Shown piece by piece: positions 9,556 through 20,192 of a stretch of 64,000 bases of DNA. Position 1 is the stretch's first letter, and every line of letters starts with the position of its first letter. Source of the DNA: a bacterium (GTDB taxonomy: Bacteria > Cyanobacteriota > Vampirovibrionia > Gastranaerophilales > Gastranaerophilaceae); contig JAFYQF010000023.1 of NCBI GenBank assembly GCA_017559905.1, forward strand, positions 1-64,000. Reading direction: 5' to 3'. The notes beneath the pieces were generated by a model. That model saw only the letters and a program-made list of their open reading frames with translations, searched no databases and had not been told where the DNA came from. The position numbers and the translations under genes are program-made.

Positions 9556-11343
9556 ATGGGAATGGCAGCATCTCAAGCTAGATTTTTAGGTCTAACTGCG
9601 AGAAAAAATAACGTTGAATACGAGGGACAACAGATAAATCAGCAAAGAACTGCTTTATCAAACCAGTCTGCAAATTATTACAACGATATGCTAGGTATGA
9701 CAGTTCCAGTACCTCCATCTATCCAAGATTTTACAAAAATTGTTTATACATTTGAAGACGGAGCATTAACAAATACAATTACATCATTAATAGCACAAGC
9801 TGACGGTAGCTATATTGCTAGTTATTTAAGCAATTTTCAACAAGATTTTTCTATCGTATCAGCAGGCGAAGACCTTATAGTTAACTCTCAAAACAATGTT
9901 GGTGTAGGCGCAAACGGCAACATTTACAGAATTGGCGCAAACGAAATCAAAGCTATTGGCGAATTTGCACGTGATAACGTTGCAACAAACATTCAAGGAC
10001 AAAATTTTAGACTAGACAACGAAAACTCTTACATTAATGCTAATGGCGAAAAAATCACACTTATCCAACCTACCTATGATATTATTACATCAATCATAGG
10101 CAAAGAACCACAACGTGCAGATTACGACTTACAAGGAATGGCACTTAACTATGCCTCAACACAATGCTACGCAGGCGTTGATATAAATAACGCATACGGT
10201 ATGGGGCATATGGAACATAACTTGTGCCATTTAGTTTGGGGTAATAGCGAAAGAAGCATCACTTCATCTTCTGGTGTAACAATAACTAAAACTAGCCCTA
10301 CTACAGAAGCATCATTAACTGAGCCTGGTTGGGGTTCTGCCGCTAACGGAAGTGAAATATTATTATTCAAAGAAAAATTACAAGAAGTTTATCCAGACGT
10401 TTATCAAAAGATTGTAGACCTTTATGTTGATACAATCCTATATTTAAGCGATCACCAATACAACAACACTTCTTACGACCCACAAACAGAAAACTACACA
10501 ATTTCAACTACAAACTACGACCACAACCAAATTACTGAAGAAAATATGTTTCCACGTTGGGAAGCATTATGGGAAGAACTTAAATCATTAAGTCCAGACA
10601 GTCTATACAAAAGAGATCACGAAATTTGGCAAACACAATACGACGAATATAGAGACATTTGGCTTAATAGCAACGATTATAACGACATCTACACAGTAGA
10701 AGAAGCTCTATTCTATGACGGAAACGACCCATACCTAAAAAGCTTAAGTTCAGAAGAACTTGAAAAACAAAAAACAAGCGAAATCGAATGGGCAACTATG
10801 TTAGAAAACGAATACGGCATTCCAGAAAACGGTGGCTGGTATATTCGCTACATCCCAAACGCAACAGGCAACGGTTTTGACCCTGTATTTTATAACGGAA
10901 ATCATTTAGCAACAGGTGAAAAAACTGAAAACGGCAATATCTACACTTCAATCAAACGTTTCACTATTGGCAAAAAAGAAGTTAACCGTGAAGTTAAAAA
11001 CGTAAAATCAGTAATGGAAAGAGATACATCTGGACGTTATATAAGCATTACAACATTTGATATTTATGGAAATAGTACAACTTATGCACTAACAACAAAT
11101 ACCCTTACCGACAACGATGCATATAACGATGCAATGAACAAATACGAACACGAAAAATATTTGTACGAACAAGCTGTTCAAGAAATCAATTCAAAAATTG
11201 AAATTACACAAGTTCAAGACAAAAACTTGGAATTACGTTTGAAACAACTAGACACAGAACACAACGCTATTCAAACAGAAATAGATGCAGTTAAAAAAGT
11301 TATTGAAAAGAATACCGAATCTTCTTTTAAAACTTTCGGTTAA
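9556..11343 (+). CDS. Hypothetical protein with C-terminal coiled-coil
   Basis: 595-aa ORF whose N-terminus reads 'MGMAASQARFLGLTARKNN' and whose C-terminus is a heptad-rich coiled-coil. An 11-bp gap to the next gene suggests an operon. Confidence 0.55.
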   Translation: MGMAASQARFLGLTARKNNVEYEGQQINQQRTALSNQSANYYNDMLGMTVPVPPSIQDFTKIVYTFEDGALTNTITSLIAQADGSYIASYLSNFQQDFSIVSAGEDLIVNSQNNVGVGANGNIYRIGANEIKAIGEFARDNVATNIQGQNFRLDNENSYINANGEKITLIQPTYDIITSIIGKEPQRADYDLQGMALNYASTQCYAGVDINNAYGMGHMEHNLCHLVWGNSERSITSSSGVTITKTSPTTEASLTEPGWGSAANGSEILLFKEKLQEVYPDVYQKIVDLYVDTILYLSDHQYNNTSYDPQTENYTISTTNYDHNQITEENMFPRWEALWEELKSLSPDSLYKRDHEIWQTQYDEYRDIWLNSNDYNDIYTVEEALFYDGNDPYLKSLSSEELEKQKTSEIEWATMLENEYGIPENGGWYIRYIPNATGNGFDPVFYNGNHLATGEKTENGNIYTSIKRFTIGKKEVNREVKNVKSVMERDTSGRYISITTFDIYGNSTTYALTTNTLTDNDAYNDAMNKYEHEKYLYEQAVQEINSKIEITQVQDKNLELRLKQLDTEHNAIQTEIDAVKKVIEKNTESSFKTFG

Positions 11344-11354
11344 TGGAGTAGGAA

Positions 11355-12419
11355 ATGGGTATAAACAGACCAAATCAACCAAACAAAGCAGAAATAATCA
11401 ATAATATGCAAGCTCATTACCAAAATTTGCTAACAGAAAACTGTAGAGATTTCGGTAATGACGACATTTCCGCTAGCATTTTCAAAAAACTGGACAAAAA
11501 CGGTAATTTCAAACTAGATAGTTCTGAAATCCTTGATGCTAATAACACTCTTAAAGATGTCATTACATCAGTAGCCAAAAAGTTCTACAAAAGCGCATCA
11601 AAACTTTTTGGGGAAAATTATACTGAACAACTCAAAGATGCCGAAAAGAACAAAAACATTCAAAACAAACAATCAGAAACAAAATCTGACAATAAGCTAA
11701 ACAACAGCGAAAAAGTAATTTTGCAAAACGTAGAAGAAGCAAAAACTAAAATAATTGAATATGCAAAAAAACATCCTGAAGATAATAGAATTCAACAAAT
11801 AGCGCAGGAGATAGACAAACTTGTAAACAACACAACAACATCAAAAGATGGTGATTATGTTGCAGTAACATATCCAGACGAAAACAGAATAGTATTTAAT
11901 GCAAAAGAAACCGAAAACCTAGACCCAGATATTGCATTAAAAAATTTAATACACGAAGCTGCTCATTACATAAACGGAGATAATTTAAGTTCTCAAAGAG
12001 AAGAAGTTGATGTAGAAAGCTATGCAATTGAGGTTACCGAATCAATAACAGAGAAAACACTTTTTGAGGATAAAGAAGCTCATTTAGATGAATTTGGCAA
12101 ACGTTATGAAATAAACTCAAATACAGGAAAATCTTCACCAGGATATGACGGAATCCCGCTAAACGCAGGTTTTGTAATAAACGAAGACATAACAGGAACG
12201 ACACAAGACGGCAATAAAACAACAATTAGTTCAAACTTTATAGATTGGAAGCAAGAGCATCAAGTTGTAATGGGTACAGAAAAAGACCCGAACGGCAACC
12301 CATACCCAATAGAAGCAAGTCGAACAATAGAAACAGATGACGGCAGAATTTTAAAATGGGAATATAGCAACTATGACAAGGCCCGAAAAGTTTGGCAAGA
12401 AGAAAAATTCATAGAGTAA
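11355..12419 (+). CDS. Putative zinc metallopeptidase (HExxH) with EF-hand-like Ca-binding loop
   Basis: 'DKNGNFKLDSSE' fits the 12-residue EF-hand loop. 'HEAAHYINGD' contains an HExxH motif. Confidence 0.45.
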   Translation: MGINRPNQPNKAEIINNMQAHYQNLLTENCRDFGNDDISASIFKKLDKNGNFKLDSSEILDANNTLKDVITSVAKKFYKSASKLFGENYTEQLKDAEKNKNIQNKQSETKSDNKLNNSEKVILQNVEEAKTKIIEYAKKHPEDNRIQQIAQEIDKLVNNTTTSKDGDYVAVTYPDENRIVFNAKETENLDPDIALKNLIHEAAHYINGDNLSSQREEVDVESYAIEVTESITEKTLFEDKEAHLDEFGKRYEINSNTGKSSPGYDGIPLNAGFVINEDITGTTQDGNKTTISSNFIDWKQEHQVVMGTEKDPNGNPYPIEASRTIETDDGRILKWEYSNYDKARKVWQEEKFIE

Positions 12420-12866
12420 AATAATTTTGTAATAACTATGCTTTATCAATTTGTTTAATTGGGTTGCACCCAACCTACAAAACTAGCAACATACAAGCAG
12501 TATGACAGGTTGCAAAACGGGCAATTACGGCAACATTAATAAATTAATAAAAGGGTTTAAATATTTTTAAAATAGGGTATAATGTGTGTATGGCAATTAA
12601 TTATGAAACTATGAAATGGCTTTTTGATAGTCCATATTTTATAAATGAACCTTTTAATTGGCATTTATCTGATGATGCTCCCGAAGAATTAAAAAAACGC
12701 TTTGAAGAATACAAAAAATCTAAATCAAATGGTAGAGAGTAAGTAGGTTGAGTGAAACCCAACAACAATAAGTTATTCATAATTTAATGCATTTATATAG
12801 TATTTATATTTTTAATATAAATATAACACAACAAAAAAAGGAACGACTTTCGTCATTCCTTTTATT

Positions 12867-12939
12867 TGGGCGTTAGAAGACTCGAACTTCTGACCCTCTC
12901 CTTGTAAGGGAGACGCTCTACCAACTGAGCTAAACGCCC
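12867..12939 (-). tRNA. tRNA-Val (anticodon TAC)
   Basis: 73-nt cloverleaf with a 7-bp acceptor stem (GGGCGTT/AACGCCC), D-arm, anticodon loop CTTACAA and T-loop TTCGAGT. A called ORF (12812..13036) reads through it. Confidence 0.9.
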
Positions 12940-13050
12940 ACCTCTTCGGGGTTTGTTTCAAGGGGCTAACCCTTTCGACATTTATTATCGTATCAAAAAA
13001 ATTTTTTATGTCAACAACTTTTTTAAATTTATTCATGATAATATAAAATT

Positions 13051-14400
13051 ATGCACGAAAACGACATTATAACAGTAAATATAGAGAAATTTTCAAACCT
13101 CGGATATGGGATTGCAAAAGTTGACGGATATGTAATTTTTGTAGAAGGAGCATGTCCAGGGGATACGGTTAATGCCAAGATAACAAAGGCAAACAAAAAC
13201 TTTGCCAATGCAAAGACTATAGAAGTTATAACACCATCTACACATAGGGTTGAGCCATTTTGTGCAATGCAAAAAGTATGTGGAGCATGCCAGTTACAAT
13301 TCATAGATTACGAGTATCAATTAGAGCTTAAGCGTCAGATTGTAGAGGATGCTATCCGCACAATTGCTGGATTAGAAATTGAAATACCGAAACCAATATC
13401 AAGCCCAGACACAAAGAATTACAGACACAAAATTCAATATCCAATATCAGAAACAAAAGTTTCAAAACGAATTTTGGCAGGATATTACAAGCCTCAAACC
13501 CACGAGATAGTAAACATAAAGCACTGTCCAATCCAACCTGAAATCTGCGACAGAATCATTGATTTTATAAGAGAACATGCTAGCGACTACGGAATTTCTG
13601 GTTTTAATGAGAAGAAGCATTCAGGAGATTTAAGGCACGTCGTAATTCGTTCATCTGTAAAAAACGGCAAACAATTAGTCACGTTAGTTGTTAACGCAAC
13701 CAAAACGTTTGACAGATTAGACAAATTTGCAAAAGCTATACACGATGAATTCAAGGAAGTTGCGGGGGTTTGTGTAAACTTCAACTCTAAAAAAACAAAT
13801 GTCATTTTAGGCAAAAAAACAGAATGTATTATTGGACAAGAATATATTGAAGAAGATTTATTAAACAAAACTTTTAAGATTAGCGCTAACACATTTTTCC
13901 AAGTAAACCCCAAAAGTGCAGAAAATATTTTTAGATATGTAAAAGATTACATCAAAGCAAATTACGAAAAGCCTATTGTTTTAGACGCATACGCAGGTAT
14001 ATCTACCTTTGGAATCTGTGTCGCTGAAGTTTCTGAAAAAGTAGTTTCTGTAGAAGAAAATTACGATTCAACACAACGAGCAATTGAAACCGCAAAAATT
14101 AATAAAATTAAAAATCTAGAAATCCACAACCAAGACGCTGGAGAATTTTTCAAAAAAGAAAAGCGATTCTTTGATGTTTCTATAATTGACCCACCAAGAA
14201 AAGGTTGTACTAAAGAATCTATTGACGAAGTCTTTAGGCTAACAAAAGGCCATATTATTTACGTAAGCTGCAACCCTGCAACATTGGCAAGAGATTTAAA
14301 ACTCCTTACAGAAAAAGGAGCTAAAGTTGAATCAATACAACCTTTTGACATGTTTTGCCACACCTACCACATAGAAAACGTTGCAATAATCAAAGTTTAA
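13051..14400 (+). CDS. rlmD: 23S rRNA (uracil-C5)-methyltransferase RlmD/RumA family (TRAM + Fe-S + SAM MTase)
   Basis: An N-terminal TRAM domain is followed by a Cys cluster ('CAMQKVCGACQLQ'). The C-terminus is a class-I methyltransferase fold. Confidence 0.8.
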   Translation: MHENDIITVNIEKFSNLGYGIAKVDGYVIFVEGACPGDTVNAKITKANKNFANAKTIEVITPSTHRVEPFCAMQKVCGACQLQFIDYEYQLELKRQIVEDAIRTIAGLEIEIPKPISSPDTKNYRHKIQYPISETKVSKRILAGYYKPQTHEIVNIKHCPIQPEICDRIIDFIREHASDYGISGFNEKKHSGDLRHVVIRSSVKNGKQLVTLVVNATKTFDRLDKFAKAIHDEFKEVAGVCVNFNSKKTNVILGKKTECIIGQEYIEEDLLNKTFKISANTFFQVNPKSAENIFRYVKDYIKANYEKPIVLDAYAGISTFGICVAEVSEKVVSVEENYDSTQRAIETAKINKIKNLEIHNQDAGEFFKKEKRFFDVSIIDPPRKGCTKESIDEVFRLTKGHIIYVSCNPATLARDLKLLTEKGAKVESIQPFDMFCHTYHIENVAIIKV

Positions 14401-15641
14401 TCTTTTTCACCAAACTTTTCGATTGTTTCCATCAAACGTTTTTGAGCGTCTTTAACGATTTTCAAATCTTCATTGCGTTGTTTTTTCAAATTCTCGATTA
14501 GCTGTTCATTTGATTCTAAAACTTCAGATATGGACACTGTTTTATCAGTTTTTTCTGAAGATTTTTGCGCTGTAGAGAGAAGTTTTTCAACTTCTTCAAC
14601 AAGACTAGCATTCTTAAGCTTATCTAATTCAGCCTTATAATACAAAACAATTCGGCTTCTAATACCTTCCATCAACCCAGTTAAAGCTGATACTTGCGCT
14701 TTACTTAATCCGACAGGAAGAGTTGGTTCTTCCCCATAAAAATCTTGAGCTTTAGCATTGATATACAAGGGTTTTGAAATTGTATTATTTAACAAATCTC
14801 TTAAGATTTTGATATTATCTTGAATCCTTTTTTCATGAGAATGCATTTGTGGACTCTCTATTTGAGAAACACTCAATTTATCTTTCAAGTCCCTTGTGAT
14901 TTCATAAACATAATAATGCTCATCATTTTTTGCTTTTGAATAATTTTCACCAAAAAGAATAATCAATTCTTGAGGAATTCTATCTTTTGGCTTAAGAGTT
15001 GTATCAACAAATCGCATCTGAATATCTTCATATCCTGATTTTTGAGGTTTACTAATACATTTTTGGATTTCAGGAGGCAATTTAGCTATCATTTCAGGGG
15101 CAATATCTTTTAGTCTAAAATCTAAATCCAACATCCAATTTTTAACTCTTCTACCTGTACGTTCTTCTGGTACTAGCAACAACTTATATCCATTATCTTC
15201 CATTGCTGGCAAAAGTTTTGTTAATATCAAATTCAAATCATACAAATTTTTATTATACAAAGTCGAGCGTACAGAATCCATAGGCCTAGAACCACTACGA
15301 CGCCACTTATCAATGTAAGCTTCTTGACCTTTTACAGCCTTATCTTCGATTGCTTTAGGGAATTCAAACCCAAATTCTTTTAACTCTTCTGCCACTGATT
15401 TTAGAGCATTAACAAATCTACGCCCCATAATCTCTCTTTGCGGAAGAACTTCCTCATAATAATCTTTGAACAAATCTTCAAAAGTATTAGTTGCCTTACC
15501 AACGAGCTTGCCTTTATTTCCTGTAAAACTCACCGTATCAGCAGTCAAACATCTTTTATTCAAAGGAGAAGCCACGTTATTACTACATTTAGGCATACTA
15601 GTTTTATGAGTTTTAATATTTGGGGTAATTCCTAAAATCAT
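14397..15641 (-). CDS. Hypothetical protein
   Basis: 414-aa ORF with good coding periodicity and no motif that could be assigned. Confidence 0.55.
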   Translation of the reverse strand: MILGITPNIKTHKTSMPKCSNNVASPLNKRCLTADTVSFTGNKGKLVGKATNTFEDLFKDYYEEVLPQREIMGRRFVNALKSVAEELKEFGFEFPKAIEDKAVKGQEAYIDKWRRSGSRPMDSVRSTLYNKNLYDLNLILTKLLPAMEDNGYKLLLVPEERTGRRVKNWMLDLDFRLKDIAPEMIAKLPPEIQKCISKPQKSGYEDIQMRFVDTTLKPKDRIPQELIILFGENYSKAKNDEHYYVYEITRDLKDKLSVSQIESPQMHSHEKRIQDNIKILRDLLNNTISKPLYINAKAQDFYGEEPTLPVGLSKAQVSALTGLMEGIRSRIVLYYKAELDKLKNASLVEEVEKLLSTAQKSSEKTDKTVSISEVLESNEQLIENLKKQRNEDLKIVKDAQKRLMETIEKFGEKD

Positions 15642-15843
15642 GATTTAACAACCTATTTTTACTATCTAAACACTTAACTTTCGTGAATAAAAAAATTTTA
15701 CTCAAATTCGACAAAAGTAGCAGTAAACTTAACAATAATTTACATAGTAAACACCATAAAAAATGGGCTAAATATTATGTTTGTATTATCATGTAGGGGT
15801 AAATTACATTAAGTAATAGCATAAATAAGGAGGTTAGTTAATT

Positions 15844-18800
15844 ATGCCAGGAAAAACTATTACAGTTGATGGTAACTACGCTGCAGCTCACGTTGCTTAT
15901 GCATTAAGTGAAGTTTCAGCGATTTATCCTATCACTCCTTCATCAACAATGGGTGAATGGATTGATGAGTGGGCTTCTCAAGGTAAGAAAAATATCTGGG
16001 GAAAAGAAGTTAGAGTAGCAGAAATGCAATCAGAAGCAGGTGCAGCAGGTGCTGTACACGGTTCATTAGCAGCAGGTTCTTTAACTTCAACATATACAGC
16101 TTCACAAGGTTTATTACTAATGATTCCTGTAATGCACAAAGCAGCAGGGGAAATGCTCCCTCACGTAATTCACGTATCAGCTCGTGCATTGGCAGCTCAA
16201 TCATTGGCAATCTTCGGTGACCACACAGACGTTATGGGTTGCCGTAACACAGGTTACGCTATGTTAGCAGCTAACTCTGTTCAAGAAGAAATGGATATGG
16301 CTTTAGTTGCACACTTGGCAACATACAAAGCAAAAGTTCCATTCTTGCAATTCTTTGATGGTTTCAGAACTTCTCACGAAATTCACAAAATCGAAGAAAT
16401 TTCTTACGAAGATATTGCAAAATTAGTTGAACCAAAATACATCGAAGAATTCAGAGCAAGAGCATTACGTCCAGAAGCTCCTATTTGTAAAGTTGGTGCA
16501 CAAAACACTGACGTATACTTCCAAGGACGTGAAACAGTTAACAAATACTACGATGCAGTTCCAGATATCGTTCAAGAATACATGGACAAAGTTGCTAAAG
16601 TTACAGGCAGACAATATCATCCATTCGATTATGTTGGTGCTCCAGACGCAACTGACATAATAGTAGCTATCGGTTCAGGTTGTGAAACTATCGAAGAAAC
16701 AATCGAATACTTGAACGCTAAAAAAGGTACTAAATACGGTTTGGTTAAAGTTAGACTTTACAGACCATTCGACGTTAAGAGATTCAACGAAGCTCTTCCA
16801 AAATCAGTTAAGAGAATTGCAGTTCTTGATAGAACTAAAGAACCAGGTGCTATCGGCGATCCTCTATACTTGGATGTTGTTGCAGCTCTTGATAATAAAG
16901 AAATCAGAGTTATTGGCGGACGTTATGGTTTGTCTTCAAAAGAATTCACTCCATCAATGGTTTACGCAGTTTACAAACACTCTGAAAACAATGGTTTCCA
17001 CGACTTCACAGTTGGTATTGAAGATGACGTAACAAATCGTTCTCTAAAAGTTACAGAACACATCGTTACTGAACCAGAAGGTACTACAAACTGTATGTTC
17101 TGGGGCTTGGGTTCAGACGGTACTGTTGGTGCTAACAAAAACTCAATCAAAATCATTGGTCAATACACAAACAAAGATGCTCAAGCATACTTTGCTTATG
17201 ACTCTAAAAAATCATTTGGTGTTACAGTTTCTCACTTGAGATTCGGTGACAAGCAAATCAAATCTACATACCTAATCACAGCTCCTGACTTCGTATCTTG
17301 TTCAACACACGCATACGTAGGCAGATACGACTTGTTAAAAGGTATTAAAGAAGGCGGTACTTTCTTATTGAACTCTCCATACTCTAGAGAAGAAGCTTTT
17401 GCACACCTTACAAGAGATATGCAAAAAACTATTATCGATAAGAAAATCAAATTCTATAACATTGACGCTGAAAAACTTGTTAAAGAACAACCTGGCTTAA
17501 GAGGCAAAGGTGCAAACACAGTTATGATGGTTGCATACTTCAAAGTTTCAGGAATCATTCCATTCGAACAAGCTTACGAAGGAATGAAAGAAATGACAAT
17601 CAAAACATTCAAGAAAAAGGGCGACGATGTTGTTAACATGAACCTTGCCTTAATTGATGCAGCAGTTGACGCTTGTAAAGAAGTTACAGTTCCTGCAACA
17701 TTAGATGGCGTAGGATGTGTTGAAGAAGTAAAATTAATTGCTGATGATGCTTCAGATTTCGCTAAAAAAATCATTGAACCATCAATGAGACAAAAAGGTG
17801 ACGATATCCCTGTTTCAGCTATGTCTAACGACGGTGTAATTCCTACAGGCACAGCTTGTTTAGAAAAACGTGGTATCGCTCCAAGAGTTCCTCACTGGAA
17901 TTCAGAATACTGCTTACAATGTGGTATTTGTGCATCTGCTTGTCCTCATGCTGCAATCAGAACAAAACTTGCAACTCCTGATAGCTTGAAAGATGCTCCA
18001 GCATCATTCAACACAATCGATGCAAGACCTGGCGACGGCGAAAAATTCAAAGTTCAAGTTTACTGCAAAGATTGTACAGGTTGTGGCGTATGTTTAGACC
18101 AATGTCCTGCTAACAAAAACCCAGAAAAACAAGCTTTAACTTGGTCAACAATTGAAAAAGAAGAAGCTGCTGGTGAAGTTGTTAACGAAAAATTCTTCAA
18201 TGAATTACCAGACAACGTAATGGGCAAAAACACAACTAAAACAATTAAAGGTGCAATGTTGAGAACTCCATTATTCGAATTCTCTGGCGCTTGCGCAGGT
18301 TGTGGAGAAACTCCATACGTTAAATTAGTTTCTCAATTGTTCGGTGAAAATGCTATCGTTGCTAACGCAACAGGTTGTTCTTCAATCTACTCTGGTACAT
18401 TCCCAACAATTCCTTACACAACTAATAAAGACGGTAGAGGTCCAGCTTGGGCTAACTCTCTATTCGAAGACAACGCAGAATTTGGTTTCGGTATGAGATT
18501 AGCTGTAGATAACAACAGAAGCATCTTGAAATCTTATGTTGAAAAAGTTCTTGAATGCGAAAAAACACCTGCAGACTTGAAAGCAGCTTTAGAAGCAGCA
18601 ATGGCACACTTCGATAATTCTAAAACAGAAGAAGCAGTTGCAGCTCAAGAAGCAGCTAAAAAAGTTCTTGCTAAATACGCAGATGTTGATTGCGCAGACC
18701 TTGCAAAAGTTAGAGAACTTCAAGACTACTTCACAGATAAATCAATCTGGATTATCGGTGGTGACGGTTGGGCTAACGATATCGGTTACGGCGGTATTGA

Positions 18801-19374
18801 CCACGTTCTTGCTCAAAACAAAAACGTAAATATCCTTGTACTTGATACCGAAGTTTACTCTAACACAGGTGGTCAAGCTTCTAAATCAACACCTACTGGT
18901 GCAGTTGCTAAATTCGCTACTGGTGGTAAGAAAACTTACAAGAAAAACATGGGCTTGATGAGTATGTCTTATGGTTACGTATATGTAGCATCAGTTGCTT
19001 TAGGTGCAGACAGAGTTCAAACTCTTAAAGCATTCCAAGAAGCTGAAGCTTACGATGGACCATCAATCATCTTCGCTTATGCACCTTGTATCGCTCACGG
19101 TATCGACATGAGCAAAACTCAAACAGAACAAAAACGTGCTGTAGAAGCTGGTTACTTCCCACTTTACAGATACAACCCTGCTAACGAACAACCATTCACT
19201 TGGGATGCTAAAGATCCAAAAGGAAGCTTCCAAGAGTTCATTAAATCTGAAGGCAGATACAAATCATTGGCTAAAACTAACCCAGAAGCAGCTGAGGAAC
19301 TATACGCTCAAGCTGAAGAAGATGCAGCTAAACGTATGGCAGTATTCAAAGCAGTTGGCGAATTAATTAAATAA
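15844..19374 (+). CDS. nifJ: Pyruvate:ferredoxin (flavodoxin) oxidoreductase, single-chain PFOR/NifJ
   Basis: 1176 aa with an AAGGAGG RBS. Two 4Fe-4S ferredoxin motifs (CxxCxxCxxxCP, twice) and a C-terminal TPP-binding 'GGDGW' are present. Order and length are typical for PFOR. Confidence 0.95.
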   Translation: MPGKTITVDGNYAAAHVAYALSEVSAIYPITPSSTMGEWIDEWASQGKKNIWGKEVRVAEMQSEAGAAGAVHGSLAAGSLTSTYTASQGLLLMIPVMHKAAGEMLPHVIHVSARALAAQSLAIFGDHTDVMGCRNTGYAMLAANSVQEEMDMALVAHLATYKAKVPFLQFFDGFRTSHEIHKIEEISYEDIAKLVEPKYIEEFRARALRPEAPICKVGAQNTDVYFQGRETVNKYYDAVPDIVQEYMDKVAKVTGRQYHPFDYVGAPDATDIIVAIGSGCETIEETIEYLNAKKGTKYGLVKVRLYRPFDVKRFNEALPKSVKRIAVLDRTKEPGAIGDPLYLDVVAALDNKEIRVIGGRYGLSSKEFTPSMVYAVYKHSENNGFHDFTVGIEDDVTNRSLKVTEHIVTEPEGTTNCMFWGLGSDGTVGANKNSIKIIGQYTNKDAQAYFAYDSKKSFGVTVSHLRFGDKQIKSTYLITAPDFVSCSTHAYVGRYDLLKGIKEGGTFLLNSPYSREEAFAHLTRDMQKTIIDKKIKFYNIDAEKLVKEQPGLRGKGANTVMMVAYFKVSGIIPFEQAYEGMKEMTIKTFKKKGDDVVNMNLALIDAAVDACKEVTVPATLDGVGCVEEVKLIADDASDFAKKIIEPSMRQKGDDIPVSAMSNDGVIPTGTACLEKRGIAPRVPHWNSEYCLQCGICASACPHAAIRTKLATPDSLKDAPASFNTIDARPGDGEKFKVQVYCKDCTGCGVCLDQCPANKNPEKQALTWSTIEKEEAAGEVVNEKFFNELPDNVMGKNTTKTIKGAMLRTPLFEFSGACAGCGETPYVKLVSQLFGENAIVANATGCSSIYSGTFPTIPYTTNKDGRGPAWANSLFEDNAEFGFGMRLAVDNNRSILKSYVEKVLECEKTPADLKAALEAAMAHFDNSKTEEAVAAQEAAKKVLAKYADVDCADLAKVRELQDYFTDKSIWIIGGDGWANDIGYGGIDHVLAQNKNVNILVLDTEVYSNTGGQASKSTPTGAVAKFATGGKKTYKKNMGLMSMSYGYVYVASVALGADRVQTLKAFQEAEAYDGPSIIFAYAPCIAHGIDMSKTQTEQKRAVEAGYFPLYRYNPANEQPFTWDAKDPKGSFQEFIKSEGRYKSLAKTNPEAAEELYAQAEEDAAKRMAVFKAVGELIK

Positions 19375-19395
19375 GCCAGCCTTCTGAAAAAATAA

Positions 19396-19425
19396 AAACC
19401 CTCTGTTAATTCAGAGGGTTTTTTA
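19396..19425 (+). terminator. Intrinsic terminator after nifJ
   Basis: Hairpin ccctctg-ttaatt-cagaggg followed by TTTTTT. Confidence 0.75.
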
Positions 19426-19543
19426 TTTTTAAAATTTCAAAATACAAATATTAAACTTTTGTAAAACTTTCGTGAAAACTACGCACATATAGGGCATAAA
19501 AAAACTTGATATAAATATATATTATTACGAGGACAGTATTGCT

Positions 19544-20101
19544 ATGGGTAATGAAACATTAAAAATAGGAACAACAACATTTTATGCTAGTGATGTAAAA
19601 CATTATCAACCTTTAAGTGATGGTTATAAAACAAAATTTCATGTGACACTAAAAGATGGTACATCATTATTTTTAGATGAAAATGCCGGTGGTCAGATTA
19701 TGTTTGGTAGGAACACTGAAAACGGACACGGCGCAGTCCGAATGGAAGGCGTAAACGGTATGCACATCTTCCAACAAGGTGCAAACTTTGATTTAAGCGC
19801 CTGCAATAATTATACCTTGGAATTAGAAGATGGAAAAGCCGCAAATGTAAATATTCATAATCAAATTGGTTCACAAAAAACTGGAAAAATTCTATCAAAA
19901 GATTCAAATGATACAATTAAACGAGACAATGACGTATATACTATTTGGGAACATAATCCTAAAATAGGTAAAGTACAAAGTTTTGATAACAACAATAACT
20001 CTAATGATATAGGACTTGAGAGTCTATATATTTCTGAAGATAAATTTGAAAAAATGCTTAAAGAAGGGAAAATTGACCCTAATAATTTTGTAACAAACTA
20101 A
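19544..20101 (+). CDS. Hypothetical protein
   Basis: 185-aa ORF. It contains the heptapeptide KVQSFDN, which is also found in the next gene. Confidence 0.5.
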   Translation: MGNETLKIGTTTFYASDVKHYQPLSDGYKTKFHVTLKDGTSLFLDENAGGQIMFGRNTENGHGAVRMEGVNGMHIFQQGANFDLSACNNYTLELEDGKAANVNIHNQIGSQKTGKILSKDSNDTIKRDNDVYTIWEHNPKIGKVQSFDNNNNSNDIGLESLYISEDKFEKMLKEGKIDPNNFVTN

Positions 20102-20146
20102 AATGAACATTTTTTATATCGGATAAATCATATTAACCTTTAACTA

Positions 20147-20177
20147 AAAAAGCAGACCAGTAAAGATCTGCTTTTTT
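20147..20177. terminator. Bidirectional intrinsic terminator
   Basis: Hairpin agcaga...tctgct flanked by A-run and T-run. Confidence 0.55.
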
Positions 20178-20192
20178 ATATTTTAACACTTA

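Noticed and set aside
12812-13304. ORFs 12812..13036 (-) and 13029..13304 (-)
   Set aside because: The first ORF reads straight through tRNA-Val ('SVGRASPLQGEGQKFESSNA' is the tRNA translated). The second is antisense to the well-supported rlmD.
16010-18829. Short ORFs nested in or antisense to nifJ, and similar ones inside mlaE (58379..58711), cas9 (29121.., 29680.., 30805..) and recN
   Set aside because: They lie fully inside long, well-conserved genes on the other strand or in another frame.
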